Source: Desulfocapsa sulfexigens DSM 10523
GTDB taxonomy: Bacteria; Desulfobacterota; Desulfobulbia; Desulfobulbales; Desulfocapsaceae
Assembly (NCBI RefSeq): GCF_000341395.1
Contig: NC_020304.1
Coordinates: 3,360,001 to 3,392,000 of the forward strand
Direction: 5' to 3'
DNA: 32,000 nt
Positions 20,523 through 28,366 of the stretch are shown here, piece by piece; position 1 is the first letter of the stretch, and each line of letters begins with the position of its first letter. The notes beneath the pieces were generated by a model that was not told where the DNA came from, made no database searches, and saw only the letters and a program-made list of their open reading frames with translations. Position numbers and translations under genes: made by a program.

Positions 20523-23234
20523 ATGAAAAACATATCATTATCAGATAAAGAGTGGCACCACCTACCTACGGACGAAATAATTCACCTGCTAACCAGTGAC
20601 CGTAAAAAAGGGCTGGTGAAGGAGGAGGCAGAGCGGCGTTTTCATCGATTTGGTGCCAATGTTCTCACCGCGAAGCAGGGACAGAATGTATGGATACGAT
20701 TTCTAATGCAATTTCATCAGCCTCTGATCTATATCCTAATTGCTGCTGGCGTCGTTACTGCGGCATTGCAGGAGTGGGTTGATTCTGGGGTGATCTTCGG
20801 GGTTATCCTGGTTAATGCAATAATTGGTTTTATCCAGGAATCCAAGGCAGAAAGTGCCCTTGCCGCATTGGCCAATACAATGGTTGCAGAGGCCACAGTT
20901 CTACGCAATGGAGAAAAAAAACGTATACCATCAACAGAGCTGGTTCCAGGAGATATTGTCTTGCTCCAGGCAGGTGATAAAGTACCTGCCGATTTGCGGC
21001 TTCTGACAATTCGTAATCTACAAGTGGATGAATCTGCTTTGACCGGTGAATCGATACCTGTTGAAAAAAGAGTGGAAAAGCTTGCGCAGGACACAGCCCT
21101 GGCAGAACGAATAAATATGGCTTATGCCTCATCCATGGTTACATATGGTCAGGGAATCGGTATTGTTACTGCAACAGGTGACCACACTGAAGTAGGCAGA
21201 ATCTCCAGGCTCATTTCCTCGGCACAGGATTTGGCCACGCCCCTTACCCGTAAAATTGCACATTTCAGTCATATCCTGCTCTACGCTATCCTGCTCCTTG
21301 CTGCAATTACTGTGGCAGTGGGTCTACTATGGGGACAATCGCTTTTTGACATGTTCATGGCTGCTGTTGCTCTCGCTGTAGGAGCGATCCCTGAAGGACT
21401 ACCTGCTGCAGTGACCATTACCCTTGCCATCGGTGTTTCCAGGATGGCAAAACGCAGAGCCATTATCCGTAAACTTCCTGCCGTGGAAACTCTTGGCAGT
21501 ACCACGGTTATTTGTTCGGATAAAACAGGTACGCTCACTGAAAATCAGATGACGGTACAGGCTATCATAGCTGGAGATGTTCATTACGAAGTCAGTGGAG
21601 TTGGTTATGCTCCATTTGGTCAAATTGTCAGACAGGAAGGGGCAGAAGATAAATACAGCACCGCACTCAACGAATGTCTGCGGGCAGGTATCCTGTGTAA
21701 CGATAGTTTACTTCTGGAGAAAGATAATAACTGGCAGGTACAGGGCGATCCAACAGAAGGAGCACTGTTTGTGTCAGCTGCCAAGAACGGATTTAACAGA
21801 AAGGAAACCGTGACACAGAACCCCCGCCTTGATTCAATTCCTTTTGAATCCCAGCACCAGTATATGGCTACCCTTCATGATACAGGTACCGACAGACCGC
21901 GAACAGTCTATATTAAAGGTGCAGTGGAACAGATAGTAGCCAAATGTGCCGTAGCAATGGATGAAGACGGCAATACCAAAACACTTCAAAGCGATACGAT
22001 CCATCGGGAAGTCTCTCGCATGGCGGCAAGAGGATTGCGGGTACTGGCTTTTGCCTGTGTAAGATTGCCGGCTCGCACCATGACAATAGATCATGCAGAT
22101 GTTGCATCAGGGCTTACGTTTCTCGGCCTGCAGGGCATGATCGATCCGCCTAGAGCTGAGGTTGTGGTAGCGGTGAAAACCTGCAGGAAAGCCGGAATCA
22201 AGATAAAAATGATTACTGGGGATCACCCGATTACCGCTGCAGCCATTGCCGGACAGATAGGTATTTCAACTGATACCATCGATAAAACTGGAAAAGGAAT
22301 AGTGCTTACCGGTGCAATGCTTGAAAAACTCTCAGACGATGAATTGACTATGGCCGCTGAAGAGACTAACGTCTTCGCAAGGGCCACCCCAGAACAGAAG
22401 ATTCGTCTGGTACGTGCCCTCCAGACAAATGGTCATGTGGTGGCCATGACCGGTGACGGAGTTAATGATGCCCCGGCTCTGAAACAGGCCAATATTGGTG
22501 TGGCCATGGGCATCACCGGCACAGATGTCTCCAAGGAAGCAGCCGACATGGTACTCACAGATGATAATTTCAGCTCTATTGAGGCAGCGGTGGAGGAAGG
22601 GCGCGGCGTGTTTGATAACCTGACCAAGTTTATTGTATGGACTCTACCCACCAACCTTGGAGAAGGGCTGGTTATCCTCACGGCAATTTTTCTCGGCATA
22701 ACGCTGCCCATCCTACCGGTACAGATCCTCTGGATAAACATGACTACAGCAGGTTTTCTGGGTCTGATGCTGGCCTTTGAACCAAAGGAGCCGGGGATTA
22801 TGCAACGACAGCCGCGTCATCCAGATATTCCCATTCTCACCCGGGAATTGATCACCAGGATTTTTCTGGTGGGCACTTTGCTGCTCATCGGCGCTTTTGG
22901 ACTTTTTGAATTGGAACTGGCAAAGGGTGCTTCCCTTGAACAGGCACGTACTGTAGCGGTAAACACTTTTGTTATTATGGAGCTTTTTTACCTGTTTAAC
23001 TGCCGCTCTTTAACTAAATCAATTTTCCAGCTGGGTGTTTTTACCAACATGTGGGTCTTTGGAGGGGTTTCAGTTATGCTTTTTATACAGCTCATCTACA
23101 CCTACTTACCCACCATGAACCGCTTGTTTCACAGCGCACCAATCGGTGCAGGCTCCTGGGCACAAATTGGTGTGGCCGGCCTTGCTGCCTATGTAATCGT
23201 GGAAGTGGAAAAGAAACTTCGCAATAATCGTTAA
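20523..23234 (+). CDS. Cation-transporting P-type ATPase, P2 (Ca2+/Mg2+-ATPase-like) class
   Basis: 903 aa. It has an N-terminal cation-ATPase-N-type region, actuator TGES (ALTGESIPV), TM4 IPEGLPAAV, phosphorylation site CSDKTGTLT, and hinge MTGDGVNDAPALKQA. There are about 10 TM helices. No heavy-metal CPC/HMA motifs are present. Confidence 0.93.
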   Translation: MKNISLSDKEWHHLPTDEIIHLLTSDRKKGLVKEEAERRFHRFGANVLTAKQGQNVWIRFLMQFHQPLIYILIAAGVVTAALQEWVDSGVIFGVILVNAIIGFIQESKAESALAALANTMVAEATVLRNGEKKRIPSTELVPGDIVLLQAGDKVPADLRLLTIRNLQVDESALTGESIPVEKRVEKLAQDTALAERINMAYASSMVTYGQGIGIVTATGDHTEVGRISRLISSAQDLATPLTRKIAHFSHILLYAILLLAAITVAVGLLWGQSLFDMFMAAVALAVGAIPEGLPAAVTITLAIGVSRMAKRRAIIRKLPAVETLGSTTVICSDKTGTLTENQMTVQAIIAGDVHYEVSGVGYAPFGQIVRQEGAEDKYSTALNECLRAGILCNDSLLLEKDNNWQVQGDPTEGALFVSAAKNGFNRKETVTQNPRLDSIPFESQHQYMATLHDTGTDRPRTVYIKGAVEQIVAKCAVAMDEDGNTKTLQSDTIHREVSRMAARGLRVLAFACVRLPARTMTIDHADVASGLTFLGLQGMIDPPRAEVVVAVKTCRKAGIKIKMITGDHPITAAAIAGQIGISTDTIDKTGKGIVLTGAMLEKLSDDELTMAAEETNVFARATPEQKIRLVRALQTNGHVVAMTGDGVNDAPALKQANIGVAMGITGTDVSKEAADMVLTDDNFSSIEAAVEEGRGVFDNLTKFIVWTLPTNLGEGLVILTAIFLGITLPILPVQILWINMTTAGFLGLMLAFEPKEPGIMQRQPRHPDIPILTRELITRIFLVGTLLLIGAFGLFELELAKGASLEQARTVAVNTFVIMELFYLFNCRSLTKSIFQLGVFTNMWVFGGVSVMLFIQLIYTYLPTMNRLFHSAPIGAGSWAQIGVAGLAAYVIVEVEKKLRNNR

Positions 23235-23387
23235 AGCTTGAAAGTATAAGCTTGCTATATAAGGAAAGTATGGAAAAACGTATAGACATGATTTGTCAGA
23301 CCCAAAAGAGTCCCAGGTTCAATACTGCGAAAAATCATTCGTATGGAAGATTAGACACAACAACACAATGGATTTAACAGGAGATAA

Positions 23388-23645
23388 AATATAAGACGCT
23401 TTAAAAATATTCCTCCGGTTCATGACAGTGGCGAGTCTGGCCAATCAAGCCTCAGCAGGGCTATTGATTTGGCAAGACGCAATCCAATACAGCTGCACCA
23501 GGAGCATATCGTTCAGGGGAGAACCGATGGTGTCGTGATGGGTACTGTGTGCCGTGCAGGAATACCCGTTTTTTTTTTCATCGGCAATACAGCTGAAAAA
23601 ATATTGCACAGGCTGGACTGTTCCATTTTGGCAGGTAGGCCAGAC
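23388..23645 (+). pseudogene. Universal stress protein (UspA-family) C-terminal fragment
   Basis: The frame is open only from 23388. DGVVMGTVCRAGIPVFFFIGNTAEKILHRLDCSILAGRP matches the USP C-terminal pattern D-hhhMG-x3-R-x-G-x5-GS-hAEK-hh-x4-CP-hLhV. The N-terminal half of the domain, an ATG and an RBS are all absent. A 10-T homopolymer lies at 23569-23578. Confidence 0.35.
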
Positions 23646-23712
23646 TGCTTTATCAGGCCGGTACAACTTGAACCCATAACTCTTTTAAATTGCACTGTCT
23701 CAGTAAGTAATT

Positions 23713-24537
23713 ATGCAAACAATTAAAATACAGGAAAAATTTGACAAACTTCGCAGCAATAAACTATTTGAGTTTCTTGTCATCGGGGTAATTATTTTTT
23801 CAGCACTGGTTATTGGAGCAAAAACCTATAATATTTCTCGCGGTCTTCTTCAGGTGGTTCACCTGTTAGACTGGTTCATTACCTTCTTTTTTTTAACGGA
23901 AATCACCATTCGCTTTCTGGGGGAAAAGAATAAGATAGATTTTTTTAAACAGGGCTGGAATATTTTTGACACCCTGATAGTTACTGTCAGCCTTATTCCA
24001 ATACAGGACAGTGAGCTTGCAGTTATCGGACGTTTGATTCGGATCTTTCGTGTCCTTCGAATGGTTTCCATTATTCCCGAAATGAGACTGCTATTGAATT
24101 CGCTATTTGTAGCTTTGCCTCAACTTGGTTATATCGTCGGCTTAATGTTTATCATTTTCTACATCTATGCTGCCATTGGAAGCACTTTCTTTGCCGCTAT
24201 TAATCCGGAACTGTGGGGTGACATATCTATTTCACTGTTAACTCTGTTCCGGGTCATGACCTTTGAAGACTGGACCGATGTCATGTATGAAACCATGAAA
24301 GTGCACCCCCTATCCTGGCTCTATTATCTCAGTTTTATCTTTTTCACTGCTTTTGCTTTTTTGAATATGGTCATCGGGGTCGTGGTCAATGTTCTTAACG
24401 AAGAAAGTGATAAAATAAACAGAAAGGAACAACAGGACGCACAACAGATCAGCATGGAAGATCTCGACAAAAAAATCGAAGAACTCAAGGTATTAATTTT
24501 GCAAAGATCGACTTCTTCAACGAAGAAAGAAAGCTGA
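23713..24537 (+). CDS. Single-domain voltage-gated cation channel (BacNaV/NaChBac family) with a Ca-channel-like filter TFEDWTD
   Basis: 274 aa with six TM segments. S4 is GRLIRIFRVLRMVS, with four Arg at every third position. The pore SLLTLFRVMTFEDWTDVMY aligns with NaChBac SLLTLFQVVTLESWASGVM, and the filter codons are at 24259-24279. There is a C-terminal coiled coil (EDLDKKIEELKVLIL). Confidence 0.9.
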   Translation: MQTIKIQEKFDKLRSNKLFEFLVIGVIIFSALVIGAKTYNISRGLLQVVHLLDWFITFFFLTEITIRFLGEKNKIDFFKQGWNIFDTLIVTVSLIPIQDSELAVIGRLIRIFRVLRMVSIIPEMRLLLNSLFVALPQLGYIVGLMFIIFYIYAAIGSTFFAAINPELWGDISISLLTLFRVMTFEDWTDVMYETMKVHPLSWLYYLSFIFFTAFAFLNMVIGVVVNVLNEESDKINRKEQQDAQQISMEDLDKKIEELKVLILQRSTSSTKKES

Positions 24538-25580
24538 TGAAAAACAATAAGAGCAACCTGGCGCAAAAATGGGCAATCCTTGCTGTTCTGACAGTAGGTA
24601 TCACATTGCTGCATTACAATACGGAGCAGAGCCTCTATTATTTTCATGTGTTCTACGGCGAGCTGTACTGTATTCCGATTGTTCTGGCTGGGTTTTGGTT
24701 TGGTTTACGTGGGGCCCTTCTGGTTTCGACCACAATCACAGTATTTTACCTGCCATTTATTTACTGGCACTGGCAGGGCCTTTCCCCGAATGCTCTGGAT
24801 AGCATTTTGTCTCTCTGTCTTTATAACGGCTTGGCTCTACTCACTGGTGCTCTCAAAGACAGAGAGACAGCTACAAGAGAAATGGTGTTACAGACCGACA
24901 ACCTTATTGTCATGGGAAAATCCCTTGCTGCAGCTGCCCATGACATGCGATCCCCTCTGATGCTTATTGGCGGTTTTGCCAGGCGTATTTTGAAAAATAT
25001 GGACGATCACGATCCGGCTCGCCCAAAACTGACCCTTATCATACAGGAAACTGAAAAGATGGAACGAATGGCCGAGGATATGCTAGACTTCTCCAAACCT
25101 TTGGCCTTGACAAAGGTGCGGGGAAATATAGATACAACTGTCAGGAATGGACTGGCTAAAGTACAGGAGGCTGCTCGAAAGAAAAGAGTATCTGTTGAAT
25201 ACCACCCCAGCCCTGAACCGGTAGATATTAAATTCGACAGCGTACGTTTTGAGCAGGCGCTTATCAACCTGATACAGAATGCAGTTGAAGCCTCTCCAGA
25301 AGGAGACACAGTTACAATAGCATTATCAGTTTCATCACTCGGAAGCCCGTTTCTCGATGTGGCGGATAACGGCAGCGGCATCCCACTTGCAAAAAGACAA
25401 AAGGTATTTGATCCCTTCTTTACCACAAAAAAGGAAGGTACCGGCCTTGGACTACCAATTGTGAAAAAGATCATCGACGCCCACGGCTGGTCTCTGCAAA
25501 TTCTGGATAATAATGGTGGTGGGACTATTTGCAGAATAATGCTGAAGGAGGGCAACGGTCATGACTGCATTCATCAATGA
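24537..25580 (+). CDS. Membrane sensor histidine kinase (polytopic N-terminal domain, no large periplasmic domain)
   Basis: The ATG overlaps the channel stop by 1 nt (TGATG). About 4 N-terminal TM helices. H-box AAAHDMRSPL, N-box LIQNAVEAS, G1 DNGSGI, G2 EGTGLGLPIVKKII. Confidence 0.9.
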   Translation: MKNNKSNLAQKWAILAVLTVGITLLHYNTEQSLYYFHVFYGELYCIPIVLAGFWFGLRGALLVSTTITVFYLPFIYWHWQGLSPNALDSILSLCLYNGLALLTGALKDRETATREMVLQTDNLIVMGKSLAAAAHDMRSPLMLIGGFARRILKNMDDHDPARPKLTLIIQETEKMERMAEDMLDFSKPLALTKVRGNIDTTVRNGLAKVQEAARKKRVSVEYHPSPEPVDIKFDSVRFEQALINLIQNAVEASPEGDTVTIALSVSSLGSPFLDVADNGSGIPLAKRQKVFDPFFTTKKEGTGLGLPIVKKIIDAHGWSLQILDNNGGGTICRIMLKEGNGHDCIHQ

Positions 25581-26388
25581 ACTGATCACGGGGAAATATT
25601 TTTCCACAGTGGGTGATACGACCTCTGCAAACCATTTGAACCGTAATAGACGCATTGTGCAGTTTTTCCTGTTTGGTGTGGCTATAGATCTTCTACTCAT
25701 CATGGCTGAAATGGCTGCTGGGATCTCTCCCTTGGAAGATATCTTCAGAAACCCTATGCTATATGGTTATGTTTTTATGGTCACTGTGGCGGCATTTTCA
25801 TTTTTCGGTGCAATGATAGGTTCCCGGGAGGATCATCTGGAGAAACTCGCTCTGCGAGATCCACTTACCGGACTTTTTAATTCCCGCTATCTATGGACTC
25901 GTATGGATGAGCAGTGGGCTACCGGTAAACGGGAAAAGAGTGATAGTTCTCTGATCCTATTTGATCTCGACTTTTTCAAAAGAGTGAATGACAGATACGG
26001 ACATCCGGTGGGTGACGAACTGCTCAAACATGTCGGAAAGATCCTGCAACATGCTGCCCGCAGGAGCGATGTGGCTGCCCGAATCGGTGGTGAAGAGTTC
26101 GTTTTTTTCTTGCCCAACACCTCTTCGACCGCTGCTGCAGCCATTGCGGAACGGATCCGTGATACAATCAGCCGAACAACACTGATAACGGATAAAAATC
26201 ATCAGGTTACAATTACTATTTCAGCAGGTGTTGCTAGTATAGACGACTATAATGCTAATATTCCAAGGACGCTTTACGCGAAAGCTGACAAAGCCCTATA
26301 CCTTGCAAAACAACAGGGAAGAAATCGAGTTGTTATCAGCAAGGAATCGAAAAAAGAGATATCTAAAAAAATAACGACCATGGTATAG
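25561..26388 (+). CDS. Membrane-anchored diguanylate cyclase (GGDEF)
   Basis: RBS GAAGGAGGG. There is a 20-nt overlap with the kinase gene. Two TM helices are followed by a GGDEF domain with active site RIGGEEFVFFL and I-site RRSD five residues upstream. No REC domain. Confidence 0.9.
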   Translation: MTAFINELITGKYFSTVGDTTSANHLNRNRRIVQFFLFGVAIDLLLIMAEMAAGISPLEDIFRNPMLYGYVFMVTVAAFSFFGAMIGSREDHLEKLALRDPLTGLFNSRYLWTRMDEQWATGKREKSDSSLILFDLDFFKRVNDRYGHPVGDELLKHVGKILQHAARRSDVAARIGGEEFVFFLPNTSSTAAAAIAERIRDTISRTTLITDKNHQVTITISAGVASIDDYNANIPRTLYAKADKALYLAKQQGRNRVVISKESKKEISKKITTMV

Positions 26389-26585
26389 GCAAAACTACTC
26401 TGACAAGTCAGAAAACTCTTTAGTTACAGACAATTGCTAATCACCTTATTTGACAACAATAAAAACATACTAAAGTACAGTAAATCGGCCACACCCAGTG
26501 CCACCTACACAAACCTCTCCTCATCGTTTTTCTCACGTTGTAAAATAGAATACTTAAGTTATATTCTCATGTCGACTAACATGCA

Positions 26586-27419
26586 TTATCCGTAACTGTG
26601 CAGGCCCGCCAGGAGGTAATTCACCCCGTAATAAGTAAACATCACCGAGACAAAGCCGACCATAGCAAACCAGGCAATTCTATTCCCACCCCACCCTCTT
26701 GTGAATCTTGCATGTAAGGCTGTTGCATAAATAAACCAGGTAATCAGTGACCAGGTCTCCTTGGGGTCCCAACTCCAATAGGTTCCCCAGGCAGAATTTG
26801 CCCATATGGCACCGGTTACTATCCCAGCTGTCAGCCAGATAAATCCTATCACCAAGGTCTTGTGCATGATGGTGTCAAGAGTTCTCAGGGAAGGCAACAG
26901 TGACAAAAATTTTCCTTCCTGAGCCTTTGCTTTTTTTCTGTCTTTCAGCAGATAAACCACTCCGAGGCCACTGGAAACTGCAAAAGCGGCGTAACCAATA
27001 AAACAGGTGACCACATGGGCAATGAGCCAGTTACTTTGCAGGGCTGGCACAAGAGGCCTGATTTCGGGATTCTTCATTTCAGCCAGGAGCATCGCCACTG
27101 CCGCAAAAGGTATGGCGAAGGCGCCAAGAAAACGATTTTTGTATTTGTATTCCAGCCCCAGATAAAAAACGGCTATGGACCAGGAGAAGAAAACCAATGA
27201 TTCGTACATGTTTGACAGCGGCGCATAGCCAAAACCCATCTGATGTGATTCAATCCACCTCAGACCAATTCCCCCGGTGTTGACCAGAAGAGCAAGAACT
27301 GTTACCGTGCTGGCCACAGCACCATATTGTTCCTTGCGAAAAATAAAGATGCCGACATAAATGAATGCAGCCAGTAAGTATGCAAATGTTGTGACACCGA
27401 GAAGCACTGAGCTATCCAT
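26586..27419 (-). CDS. ccsA: Cytochrome c biogenesis system II heme-handling protein CcsA/ResC
   Basis: GGAGGAAAG RBS. 277 aa, polytopic. Trp-rich WWD motif WGTYWSWDPKETWSLITW. Confidence 0.9.
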   Translation of the reverse strand: MDSSVLLGVTTFAYLLAAFIYVGIFIFRKEQYGAVASTVTVLALLVNTGGIGLRWIESHQMGFGYAPLSNMYESLVFFSWSIAVFYLGLEYKYKNRFLGAFAIPFAAVAMLLAEMKNPEIRPLVPALQSNWLIAHVVTCFIGYAAFAVSSGLGVVYLLKDRKKAKAQEGKFLSLLPSLRTLDTIMHKTLVIGFIWLTAGIVTGAIWANSAWGTYWSWDPKETWSLITWFIYATALHARFTRGWGGNRIAWFAMVGFVSVMFTYYGVNYLLAGLHSYG

Positions 27420-27602
27420 CAGTCTTTCCTCCAGTTGCGTACGTTGAAATATTTTCTAAGCTAACCATGGATGACAGAGTAATACCTATTACCAGTTGTG
27501 ACTAATTGAAAATACAAAGACTTCTTTTCGACAAAAACGAACGCTTTGTTTACTGAGCAAATTCCGACAGATTCACTTTGATTTCACATAAAGGTTAGTA
27601 AA

Positions 27603-27980
27603 ATGAACAAAACCAAAGGACAAATTGTTGCTGAGATCAGCGAAGCCATTATCAAGTTCGAAAAAGAGTACATGGGACGCGGCCCACTGGAGACGAAGAC
27701 CTACATTCTTGGTGATATGGTGCTGGTGCGTCTAAAAGGCGTTCTCACCCAGGCCGAACACCAACTTGTCAGCACAGGTGAAGAGACCAAGGGACGGGAT
27801 CTTATCAAACAGGTACGTATTGCATTGCTGGAAAAAGGACGACCGTTGCTTGAAGCAGTCATAGTATCTATTACCGGGTGCAAGGTAAAAAGTCTGCACA
27901 CCGATATCAGCACCGTAACCGGTGAGAGAATAATACTCTTTACTTTGGAAAAGGATCCCACTTTTGAACAAACCTCCTAA
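27603..27980 (+). CDS. DUF2294 (MpsC-like) family protein
   Basis: 125 aa. ISEAIIKFEKEYMGRGPLETKTYILGDMVLVRLKGVLTQAE matches the DUF2294 N-terminal pattern as I remember it. Confidence 0.7.
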   Translation: MNKTKGQIVAEISEAIIKFEKEYMGRGPLETKTYILGDMVLVRLKGVLTQAEHQLVSTGEETKGRDLIKQVRIALLEKGRPLLEAVIVSITGCKVKSLHTDISTVTGERIILFTLEKDPTFEQTS

Positions 27981-28243
27981 GGGAGATCGATAACATCCTG
28001 GAACAGTAACATTTTTGCAATAAGCCCTTATGCGGTTGTTCGGTGGAGAATCAGTTTTATCTTGACTTGCAGGTGGATTTTAGTGTTAGCTTTCACAAAA
28101 TATAAAGTGAAGAACTGAGAGAGCACTGATCTGTCAGAAACAGACCGCACGAGAAGATATCAAAACTGGGATGTGTTCTTTACCTTAAAAAAATAAGACT
28201 TATATGTTCGTCAGGGCTCTTGTTTGAGTGTTGAACCGAAATA

Positions 28244-28293
28244 AAAGGTCGAAGTACGCTGATTTTTATACGCGTTCTTCGACCTTTTTTTTT
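28244..28293 (+). terminator. Intrinsic terminator inside the carB leader (or 3' end of an unannotated transcript)
   Basis: aaaggtcgaag (28244-28254) pairs with cttcgaccttt (28277-28287), extended by acgc/gcgt inner pairs. A T-run covers 28285-28293. It lies 264 nt after the DUF2294 stop and 74 nt before the carB ATG. Confidence 0.7.
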
Positions 28294-28366
28294 GCCTGTT
28301 CACCAGGATTCAAACAGAATGGCAGACGAAAATTAAGGTTATTCAGCAGAGGGTAAAACAAAATAA

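Noticed and set aside
25007-25555. 182-aa minus-strand ORF
   Set aside because: It is antisense to the histidine kinase catalytic domain (N, G1 and G2 boxes on the + strand). It is Ser/Pro-rich shadow translation.
28110-28150. PyrR-binding-like sequence (aactgagagagcac) in the carB leader
   Set aside because: It only partly resembles the PyrR RNA consensus (..UCCAGAGAGG..). It lacks the expected stem context and is too weak to call.
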